Positions 9,084-16,302 of a DNA stretch of 64,000 nt are shown here, in pieces. The stretch covers positions 963,855-1,027,854 of the forward strand of contig JADGEL010000001.1 in assembly GCA_016744415.1 (NCBI GenBank), written 5' to 3'. A model generated the notes under the pieces. It had not been told where the DNA came from. It saw only the letters and a program-made list of their open reading frames with translations, and ran no database searches. Positions within the stretch are counted from its first letter, which is position 1; every line of letters begins with the position of its first letter. The stretch comes from Flavobacteriaceae bacterium (GTDB lineage: Bacteria; Bacteroidota; Bacteroidia; Flavobacteriales; Flavobacteriaceae). Made by a program: the position numbers and the translations under genes.

Positions 9084-10352
9084 ATGTATAAACCAGTAAG
9101 TGCAGAAGAAGCAGTAAAAGTTATAAAATCAAATAGCAGAGTTTATATCCAGGCAGCAGCTGCGGCACCTCAAATTTTAATAAATGCCATGACCAACCGT
9201 CATGAAGAACTCAAAAATGTTGAGGTTTGTCAGTTACATACTGAAGGAGAAGCACCTTATGCTAACCCTGAATTGAGAGATAGTTTTCATGTAAACTCCT
9301 TTTTTGTAGGAAAAAACGTACGCCATACCTTGGCTGCGGGTAATGGTTCATATACTCCAGTTTTTTTAGGAGAATTGCCTTTATTGTTTAAACGAAATAT
9401 TATCAATTTAGACGTGGCATTGATTCATGTATCCGTTCCAGATAGACATGGTTATTGTTCATTAGGAGTTTCTGTTGAAGCAACTTTAGCAGCAATAGAT
9501 AATGCTACACATGTTATTGCGCAGGTAAATCCTCAAATGCCAAGAACACATGGTGATGGAATAATTCATATAACAGAGATTGATTTGTTTGTTGAACATG
9601 ATTCGCCAATACCAGCAAATATTATGGCAGAACCTACTGCTAATGAACAGAAAATAGGTGATTATGTTGCAAGCTTAATAGAAAATAGAAGTACATTACA
9701 AATGGGTATTGGCTCAATCCCCAATGCAGTTTTAACAAAATTGACAAATCATAAAGATTTGGGTTTACATACAGAAATGTTTTCTGATGGAGTCATTGAT
9801 TTGATTTTGAATGATGTTATAAATGGAAATTATAAGGGAGTTAATCCAGGGCGTTCATTAGCGACTTTTTTAATGGGATCTAAAAGACTATATGATTATG
9901 TAGATGACAATCCTTTCATTGACATGCGAGCTTCAGATTATACAAATGATGTGTCTATTATTAAGCAAAATCCTAGAATGGTAGCAATTAATTCTGCTAT
10001 TGAAGTAGATTTAAGTGGGCAAGTTTGTGCAGATTCAATTGGAACAAAAATATTTTCAGGTGTTGGTGGACAAATGGATTTTATTAGAGGAGCATCTTTA
10101 AGTGAAGGCGGGAAAGCAATCATTGCATTACCTTCTGTAACTAGAAAAGGGGTTAGTAGAATTGTACCTAGTTTAAACCCTGGAGCAGGAGTTGTAACAA
10201 CGAGGGCTCACGTGCATTATATAGTAACAGAATACGGTATTGCGAACTTGTATGGCAAGACAATTAAAGACCGTGTAAAAGCATTGGTGTCTATTGCTCA
10301 TCCAGATCATAGAGAAGCTATTGACAAGGAATATTATCATCTATCACATTAA
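9084..10352 (+). CDS. Acetyl-CoA hydrolase/transferase family protein (4-hydroxybutyrate/succinyl CoA-transferase-like)
   Basis: The 422-aa length, the SGVGGQMDFIRGA motif and the EMFSDG region are typical of this CoA-transferase family. Confidence 0.8.
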   Translation: MYKPVSAEEAVKVIKSNSRVYIQAAAAAPQILINAMTNRHEELKNVEVCQLHTEGEAPYANPELRDSFHVNSFFVGKNVRHTLAAGNGSYTPVFLGELPLLFKRNIINLDVALIHVSVPDRHGYCSLGVSVEATLAAIDNATHVIAQVNPQMPRTHGDGIIHITEIDLFVEHDSPIPANIMAEPTANEQKIGDYVASLIENRSTLQMGIGSIPNAVLTKLTNHKDLGLHTEMFSDGVIDLILNDVINGNYKGVNPGRSLATFLMGSKRLYDYVDDNPFIDMRASDYTNDVSIIKQNPRMVAINSAIEVDLSGQVCADSIGTKIFSGVGGQMDFIRGASLSEGGKAIIALPSVTRKGVSRIVPSLNPGAGVVTTRAHVHYIVTEYGIANLYGKTIKDRVKALVSIAHPDHREAIDKEYYHLSH

Positions 10353-11866
10353 ACTAAGGAGTGTCTAGTCATAGTTTTTGGTTGCTCAACGCCCATCAGT
10401 TTTAAAATGGTTGGAGCTAAATCTGCCAAGACACCATTGTTTATTTCTTTTAAATCTTTATCAATCATGATAATAGGGACAGGATTGGTTGTGTGTGCTG
10501 TATGAGGTGATCCGTCAGGATTTATCATAGTTTCACAGTTACCATGGTCAGCAATTAATAAGGTAGTATAATCATTTTCTAAGGCAGTTGTAACAACATC
10601 TTTTACACAAACATCTACAGCTTCACATGCTTTGATGGCAGCTTTCATCACACCGGTATGCCCTACCATATCTCCATTTGCAAAATTTAAACATACAAAA
10701 TCAACTTTGCCTTTTTGTAATTCAGGAACCAAAGCATCACGTAATTCATAGGCGCTCATTTCTGGTTTTAAATCGTATGTAGCAACTTTTGGAGAATTTT
10801 TTAAAATGCGGGTTTCACCTTTAAATGGCTCTTCTTGTCCGCCAGAAAAGAAAAATGTAACGTGCGGATATTTTTCAGTTTCGGCAATTCTGATTTGTGT
10901 TTTATTATTTTTTGATAGAACCTCGCCTATGGTTTCAGTTAAGTTATCTTTGGTATAAATGATTTTTATATTCTTAAATGATTCATCGTAATTTGTCATA
11001 GTTACATAATACAACTTTAGCTTATGTGTATTGTGTTCGTGAAAATCATTTTGACTTAACATATCGGTTAATTCACGCCCTCTATCTGTTCTAAAGTTAA
11101 AAAAAATGACTACATCATCTTCTTTAATAGTTGCTAAAGGTTGATAAGTATTGTCAGTAATAATGATTGGTTTTATAAATTCATCAGTAATTCCTGTATC
11201 ATAGCTTTGTTGAATTGCAGCAGTTGCGTTAGTTCCTTTTGTACCAATTCCATTTACTAATGCATCGTAGGCTAACTTCACTCTTTCCCAACGATTGTCT
11301 CTATCCATGGCGTAATACCTACCAGTAACAGATGCAATTTTAGTATTGGTATTTGCAATGTGCTTTTCTAAATCTGCAATAAATCCTTTACCCGATTTTG
11401 GATCTACATCACGCCCATCAGTAAAAGCATGGATATAAGAATTTTGAACTCCATAATCATTAGCAGCATCAGCTAATCCTTTAATGTGATTAATATGAGA
11501 ATGAACACCACCATTGCTTGCCAAACCTAAAAAATGAATAGGTTTGTTGTTTTTGTTTGCATAATTAAAAGCGTCTATCAATGCTTGTTCTTTTGCCAAC
11601 GTATTTTCTTTGACCGCCATATTTATTTTTGCTAAATCTTGATATACAATTCTACCAGCACCTAGATTCATGTGACCCACTTCGCTGTTTCCCATCTGTC
11701 CATCAGGTAAACCAACATTTAAACCATCAGTTCTTAAAGCGGCATTTGGGTAGTTATTATAAAGAGAGTCTATAAACGGAGTTTGAGCATTGTCGATTGC
11801 AGAAACTTTAGGATCGGGAGAAGTCCCCCATCCGTCTAAAATCATCAAGATTACTTTTTTATTCAT
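10349..11866 (-). CDS. gpmI: 2,3-bisphosphoglycerate-independent phosphoglycerate mutase
   Basis: ILDGWG, MGNSEVGHMNLGAGR and ADHGN motifs, 505 aa. Confidence 0.95.
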   Translation of the reverse strand: MNKKVILMILDGWGTSPDPKVSAIDNAQTPFIDSLYNNYPNAALRTDGLNVGLPDGQMGNSEVGHMNLGAGRIVYQDLAKINMAVKENTLAKEQALIDAFNYANKNNKPIHFLGLASNGGVHSHINHIKGLADAANDYGVQNSYIHAFTDGRDVDPKSGKGFIADLEKHIANTNTKIASVTGRYYAMDRDNRWERVKLAYDALVNGIGTKGTNATAAIQQSYDTGITDEFIKPIIITDNTYQPLATIKEDDVVIFFNFRTDRGRELTDMLSQNDFHEHNTHKLKLYYVTMTNYDESFKNIKIIYTKDNLTETIGEVLSKNNKTQIRIAETEKYPHVTFFFSGGQEEPFKGETRILKNSPKVATYDLKPEMSAYELRDALVPELQKGKVDFVCLNFANGDMVGHTGVMKAAIKACEAVDVCVKDVVTTALENDYTTLLIADHGNCETMINPDGSPHTAHTTNPVPIIMIDKDLKEINNGVLADLAPTILKLMGVEQPKTMTRHSLV

Positions 11867-12026
11867 GGTAATTACTAATTAAAATGTGTTTTACAAAGAT
11901 ACAAAATGAGTAGAGATATTTTCTTTAAATACTTCCGAAAAGGTTTTAGGATAGTTTAATTAAAAAACAGTAAAATAATATTTATGTTAAAATAACTTCA
12001 GTTTATATGAATTTAACATAATGAAA

Positions 12027-12061
12027 GTTAAACTCTGTTAAACAGTGTTAAACCATGTAAC
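12027..12061 (+). promoter_or_regulatory. Operator-like array of GTTAAAC heptamers phased at exactly 10 bp, ending in GTAAC
   Basis: GTTAAAC occurs at 12027, 12037 and 12047, and GTAAC at 12057. Further GTTAAA (11986) and its inverse TTTAAC (12012) lie upstream. Confidence 0.4.
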
Positions 12062-12107
12062 GGAGTTGTATTTGTGAGCGTCTTTTATACAAATACTAAT
12101 TTAAAAA
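12046..12107 (+). repeat. 62-nt conserved leader, copy 1 (upstream of the first ankyrin gene)
   Basis: tgttaaaccatgtaacggagttgtatttgtgagcgtctttTatacaaatactaatttaaaaa is identical to 12698-12759 except for one base (12086 T versus 12738 A). Confidence 0.9.
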
Positions 12108-12118
12108 CATTTATTATC

Positions 12119-12586
12119 ATGAAAAATTTATTTTTAACATCGTTATTAGTTGTAGCAGTTGTATTTAATTCTTTTGCTACCAACAACAAAACAAACCCAA
12201 CGAACGAAACAGTAACAGCTGTTGAAACAGTATCATCTGACACCACAAGCACAGAAGCTTTAACTTTGACTACCGAAAGTTTGAATTACTACAATGTCAT
12301 TAGACATTTAAAAACAGATCCTTTTGTAAAGTTGATTCAGTTAAATGATTACAATGCGGTCAAAAACCTAATTTTAGCGGGAGCAGAGATTAACAAGAAA
12401 TCAATTGGAATGACTCCTTTGATGTATGCTGCAAGACAAAACAAAGTGGCTATTGTTAAGTTACTTTTAGATGAAGGTGCAAAAATAGAATCACAGTCTC
12501 AATATGGACTTACAGCTTTAGATTATGCACAAAGGTCACATGCAACAGAGAGCTATTATTTAATTAAGAATGCAATGAATATGTAA
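12119..12586 (+). CDS. Secreted ankyrin-repeat protein (long Thr/Ser-rich linker)
   Basis: Signal peptide MKNLFLTSLLVVAVVFNSFA. Ankyrin consensus is present (GMTPLMYAARQNKVAIVKLLLDEGA, GLTALDYA). The ATG at 12119 is preferred over the track's GTG at 12074 because the paralog starts at the equivalent ATG. Confidence 0.8.
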   Translation: MKNLFLTSLLVVAVVFNSFATNNKTNPTNETVTAVETVSSDTTSTEALTLTTESLNYYNVIRHLKTDPFVKLIQLNDYNAVKNLILAGAEINKKSIGMTPLMYAARQNKVAIVKLLLDEGAKIESQSQYGLTALDYAQRSHATESYYLIKNAMNM

Positions 12587-12612
12587 GAAATATGAAATAT
12601 CAATAAATTAAA

Positions 12613-12640
12613 GCGCTTGCAATTGCAAGCACTTTTTTTA
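12613..12640 (+). terminator. Rho-independent terminator
   Basis: Perfect palindrome GCTTGCAATTGCAAGC (12615-12630) followed by T7. Confidence 0.8.
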
Positions 12641-12688
12641 TACTCTATTTTAAATTTAAAGAATTTACACGACAAAAATAAAAGTAAT

Positions 12689-12713
12689 GTTAAAGTATGT
12701 TAAACCATGTAAC
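12689..12713 (+). promoter_or_regulatory. Second phased heptamer array (GTTAAAG, GTTAAAC, GTAAC at 10-bp spacing)
   Basis: Sites start at 12689, 12699 and 12709, in the same register relative to the conserved leader as in copy 1. Confidence 0.4.
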
Positions 12714-12759
12714 GGAGTTGTATTTGTGAGCGTCTTTAATACAAATACTAATTTAAAAA
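12698..12759 (+). repeat. 62-nt conserved leader, copy 2 (upstream of the second ankyrin gene)
   Basis: 61/62 identity to 12046-12107. Confidence 0.9.
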
Positions 12760-12768
12760 TATTAAATC

Positions 12769-13149
12769 ATGAAAAACTTTTTTTTAACATCGTCATTACT
12801 AGTAGCAGTTGTATTCAGTTCTTTTGCTACAAACAATCAATTTAATCAAAAAACATCAGCTGTTGAAGTCTCAGCGTTAAGCACTCTTTGTAAGCTAATT
12901 CAATTAGGAGATATTGATGGGGTTAAGAATCTAATTAATAATGGCACAAACATCAACAAAAAATCAATGGGAATGACACCTCTAATGTTTGCTGCACGCC
13001 AAAACAAAATAGAAATTGTAAAATTATTATTATCAAGAAATGCAAAATTAAAAACTAAATCAAACAACGGGATGACCGCTTTAGACTATGCTGAAATATC
13101 AAAAGCTACCGAAAGCTATGATTTGATTAATGCAGCAATGAATTCATAA
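12769..13149 (+). CDS. Secreted ankyrin-repeat protein (short paralog)
   Basis: Signal peptide MKNFFLTSSLLVAVVFSSFA and GMTPLMFAARQNKIEIVKLLLSRNA. By manual alignment it is about 64% identical to the C-terminal 87 aa of the upstream paralog. Confidence 0.8.
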   Translation: MKNFFLTSSLLVAVVFSSFATNNQFNQKTSAVEVSALSTLCKLIQLGDIDGVKNLINNGTNINKKSMGMTPLMFAARQNKIEIVKLLLSRNAKLKTKSNNGMTALDYAEISKATESYDLINAAMNS

Positions 13150-13175
13150 AAATTTTAATCAAAATATAAGTGCAA

Positions 13176-13204
13176 AAAGAGCTTACGATATCGTAAGCTT
13201 TTTG
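13176..13204 (+). terminator. Rho-independent terminator
   Basis: GCTTACGA(13181-13188)/TCGTAAGC(13191-13198) palindrome extended by A/T pairs, followed by a T-run. Confidence 0.75.
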
Positions 13205-13300
13205 GAGGTCTTAATTTTAAAACTGTTTTTAATAATATTGTAACTTATGTAACATTGGTTGAAGAAATCTTTATTATTTTTGCCAAAATTTAATTTTGAC

Positions 13301-13615
13301 ATGGGAATCTTGAATCTGTTTAAAAGCAAGAATAGTATGAATGACGAAATACAAGAGTATTTAAAAAATGGAGCAGTTGTAATTGATGTTAGGACTGTAG
13401 GTGAGTTTGGAATGGGACATGTTGATGGATCATTAAATATTGTATTAGATACTATACCTACAAGAGTAGAAGAGCTTAAAAAATTAGGAGATCAACTTAT
13501 TGCCGTTTGTAGGTCTGGTGCTAGAAGTGGTACAGCAGCAGATTTTTTATGTGACCAAGGTTTGGATGTTATTAACGGAGGGCCGTGGCAAAATGTGGAT
13601 CAGTTTGTAAAATAA
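13301..13615 (+). CDS. Rhodanese-like single-domain sulfurtransferase
   Basis: VIDVRTVGEFGMGHVDGSLNI and the active-site loop CRSGARS are present. ATG 13301 is preferred to the track start at 13259. Confidence 0.8.
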   Translation: MGILNLFKSKNSMNDEIQEYLKNGAVVIDVRTVGEFGMGHVDGSLNIVLDTIPTRVEELKKLGDQLIAVCRSGARSGTAADFLCDQGLDVINGGPWQNVDQFVK

Positions 13616-13633
13616 TTTGACGATATAAAATTG

Positions 13634-13661
13634 AAAAGAGGAGCATTGCTCCTCTTTTTTT
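13634..13661. terminator. Bidirectional rho-independent terminator
   Basis: AAAAGAGGAGC att GCTCCTCTTTTTTT, with an A-run and a T-run flanking a GC-rich 8-bp stem between convergent genes. Confidence 0.8.
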
Positions 13662-13682
13662 ATGGTTTAAAAGTTTGATTAT

Positions 13683-14333
13683 TTAAATCAAATTATGTTT
13701 TTTCCCTTTAATAACAGCTTCCATTTTATTGTGAACTTGCAATTTTTTATAAATATTTTCGATGTGTTTACGGACAGTTCCCGAAGAAATAAATAGGTTT
13801 TTAGAAATTTCATTATAGTTTAAACCCTTGCTTAATTGCTCTAAAATTTCTGTTTCTCTTTTTGTGAGTTCTACTTTTTCTTGATCGCTCTTATTTTCAA
13901 ATTGATTTGGGTTTCGTAATAAATTTAATGTTTTTAATGCAATACTTGGCGACATGGGGGCACCCCCATTAATGACTTCTAAAATACATTTGTGTAAATT
14001 TTCAGGATCAATCTCTTTTAATAAATAGCCATTGGCGCCTGCTTTTATAGATCTAAAAATATATTCATCGTCATCATGAACTGTAAGCATAATCACTTTA
14101 ATTTGTGGGTATTTTCTTTTTACAATTTCTGTTGCCTTAATGCCATCCATTTCTGGCATTTGGATGTCCATCAAAATAACATCTATATTATGATTTTCTT
14201 CTAATTTACCTATGAGAGCAGCGCCGTTAGAGGCACGGTATTTAAAATTTAAATCTTCAAAGAATGATAATTTTTCTATAATGGCTTTGGCTAAAAAGCT
14301 ATTATCTTCGGCAAGTGCAATTTTTAAATTCAT
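13683..14333 (-). CDS. NarL/FixJ (LuxR)-family response regulator
   Basis: REC domain (ILMDIQMPEMDG) plus a C-terminal LuxR HTH (LTKRETEILEQLSKGLNYNEISKNLFISSGTVRKHIENIYKKLQV). Confidence 0.9.
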   Translation of the reverse strand: MNLKIALAEDNSFLAKAIIEKLSFFEDLNFKYRASNGAALIGKLEENHNIDVILMDIQMPEMDGIKATEIVKRKYPQIKVIMLTVHDDDEYIFRSIKAGANGYLLKEIDPENLHKCILEVINGGAPMSPSIALKTLNLLRNPNQFENKSDQEKVELTKRETEILEQLSKGLNYNEISKNLFISSGTVRKHIENIYKKLQVHNKMEAVIKGKKHNLI

Positions 14334-14395
14334 AAGAATTTATTTTGTTAATAGTCAAAACTACAAATCAAATTAATTAAAAACAATACGCCAAT

Positions 14396-16213
14396 TTACG
14401 TATTTTTTATTGTCAGGGTTATAAAGGTGCCTTCAGCAAGCTTTGATTTGATGTTGATTTTTCCATCAATTTCATCCATACGTCTTTGCATATTTTCTAA
14501 ACCATTACCCATTTTAATAGTATTGATGTCAAAACCATTTCCGTTGTCAGTAATTTTTATTTTTAGTTGGTCATTCTTTTCAACAATTTCAATTTTTACT
14601 CGTGAGGCTTCTGAGTATTTTATAGCATTATTTATTGCTTCTTGTAGTACTCTAAAAATTGTGATTCCAGTAACAGAAGAAAAAATAATTTTCGTTTGTA
14701 CTTTACTGTTTAAACTAAATTCTGTAGAATCTTTTGCAATTTTTGCTTTCTCAATAAGTGCTAAAACTCTTGCGTGAAAATCATCATACGGAATCTCATT
14801 TTTATTCATCGCCCAAATGGTATCTCTTAATTGAGAAATGGTATTTGCAGCAAAACTATTGATGTTGGTTAATTTAGATTTAAGTTTTTGGTCTGATGAT
14901 TTTGTGAGGAATTTTAGATTGTCAATAGACGAAATAATAAAGGTTAATTGCGATCCTATATTGTCATGTAAATCACGAGAGATTCTCAAACGTTGGTCTT
15001 GCAACTTGTTTTGAGTTTTCGTTTTTGCCAACTCATCTTTTAAGAGCAATTGCGTGCGTAATTGTTTACGTTTATTGCTTTGATAAAGATAAGTGCCAAA
15101 AGATATTAGCCCTAAAACTAAGATACTTGCTCCCAAAATAATGGTGATAAAATCTTTAGTTTTTATAGTCAATTTTTGCTCAGCTAATTCGGCTCTTTGC
15201 GTTAAAATTTCTTTTTCTTTTTTTTCAGTTTCAAATTCTATTTTTAAGGACTCAACTTTAGCATTTGTTCTGGCATTTAGTGTACTGTCTTTTAATGATT
15301 GAAAAACAGTATTATATTCAAATGCTTTTTTATAGTTGTTTAGTTTTATGTAGGATTTAGTTAATTTCTCTGCGCAATATTTTTCTAAATTATAAAAACT
15401 ATTTTGATTGCTTAATTTTAAGCCTTTATTAAAATAAGTGATGGCATCTGTATATTTTTCTTGTTCAAAATAAAGGTCGCCATAATAGGCATACACATCT
15501 CCAATGCCATAAACATCATTTCTTTTTGAGCGAATTACATACGAGCTATCGATGTATTTTTTTGCAATATCAAAGTTTTTTTGTAGAATGTGTACAGTGG
15601 CTATATGTGCATATCCATAAGGGATCCCGATACTATCTTGATTTTTCTTTTTAATATTTAATGATTTTTTGTGATAGTAAATAGCACTATCATTATTTTG
15701 GATAATACTCTGTAAGATTCCGTAGTTATCATAAATAGGATCAATGTTTTTTGATGAGGAATTTTGAAGAAGCTTAATACTTTTTCGCATGTAAAATAAA
15801 GAAATATCAATATCCTCATATTTTAGCATAAACCCTAAATTTCCGTATTCTTTTCCTGCCAATTTAAATTCATTAATTGCTTCAAAAAGATAGATGGATT
15901 TTAAACTGTATTCTATTTTTTTTTCACGATTATCTTTGTAGGCATAGATGGTAGAGAGCTGCGAGTATGCTTTTGCTAAGGAAAGAGAATCGTTTAATTC
16001 TAACGCAATTGAAATTGCGCTTGTGGTTAGTTTTTCTGAGATTGAAATTTGACCAACATATTTATCGTAGGGTATTTTTAAAATTCTTTCAAGTTGTTGA
16101 CTTTTAGGAATGTTTTTTATCGAAACCTCAACACTATCAACATAATTGCCTTTTTGTGCAATTAAATAAAATGGCACAAAAAGAAAAAGAGCAACACAAA
16201 TGTTTTTCATCAA
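14396..16213 (-). CDS. Sensor histidine kinase (HisKA_3 + HATPase_c) with an N-terminal TPR-like region
   Basis: Signal/TM at the N-terminus, TPR-like repeats, and a TM helix before a coiled coil. H box RISRDLHDNIGSQLT and N/G boxes QEAINNAIKYS and DNGNGF are present. It is adjacent to the NarL-type regulator. Confidence 0.85.
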   Translation of the reverse strand: MMKNICVALFLFVPFYLIAQKGNYVDSVEVSIKNIPKSQQLERILKIPYDKYVGQISISEKLTTSAISIALELNDSLSLAKAYSQLSTIYAYKDNREKKIEYSLKSIYLFEAINEFKLAGKEYGNLGFMLKYEDIDISLFYMRKSIKLLQNSSSKNIDPIYDNYGILQSIIQNNDSAIYYHKKSLNIKKKNQDSIGIPYGYAHIATVHILQKNFDIAKKYIDSSYVIRSKRNDVYGIGDVYAYYGDLYFEQEKYTDAITYFNKGLKLSNQNSFYNLEKYCAEKLTKSYIKLNNYKKAFEYNTVFQSLKDSTLNARTNAKVESLKIEFETEKKEKEILTQRAELAEQKLTIKTKDFITIILGASILVLGLISFGTYLYQSNKRKQLRTQLLLKDELAKTKTQNKLQDQRLRISRDLHDNIGSQLTFIISSIDNLKFLTKSSDQKLKSKLTNINSFAANTISQLRDTIWAMNKNEIPYDDFHARVLALIEKAKIAKDSTEFSLNSKVQTKIIFSSVTGITIFRVLQEAINNAIKYSEASRVKIEIVEKNDQLKIKITDNGNGFDINTIKMGNGLENMQRRMDEIDGKINIKSKLAEGTFITLTIKNT

Positions 16214-16237
16214 AAAATAAGTTTGGTCTAAGTTACT

Positions 16238-16272
16238 AAAAAAACCAAGGCTTACAAATTTGCAAGTCTTGG
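16238..16272 (-). terminator. Rho-independent terminator downstream of the MORN gene
   Basis: Stem CCAAGGCTT/AAGTCTTGG (16245-16272, one G-U pair), with A7 on the + strand (T7 on the - strand) immediately after it. Confidence 0.65.
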
Positions 16273-16302
16273 CTTAGGTTTCACGTAATTGATTTAGCAG
16301 GT

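Noticed and set aside
12074-12118. N-terminal extensions proposed by the ORF track (12074 GTG, 13259, 25105 TTG, 42740-42850, 46843-46863, 8961-8990, 19502-19540, 8153-8185)
   Set aside because: In each case an internal ATG gives a canonical signal peptide or the conserved family N-terminus. For 12074, the paralogous leader contains an in-frame stop, which shows that the extension is not translated.
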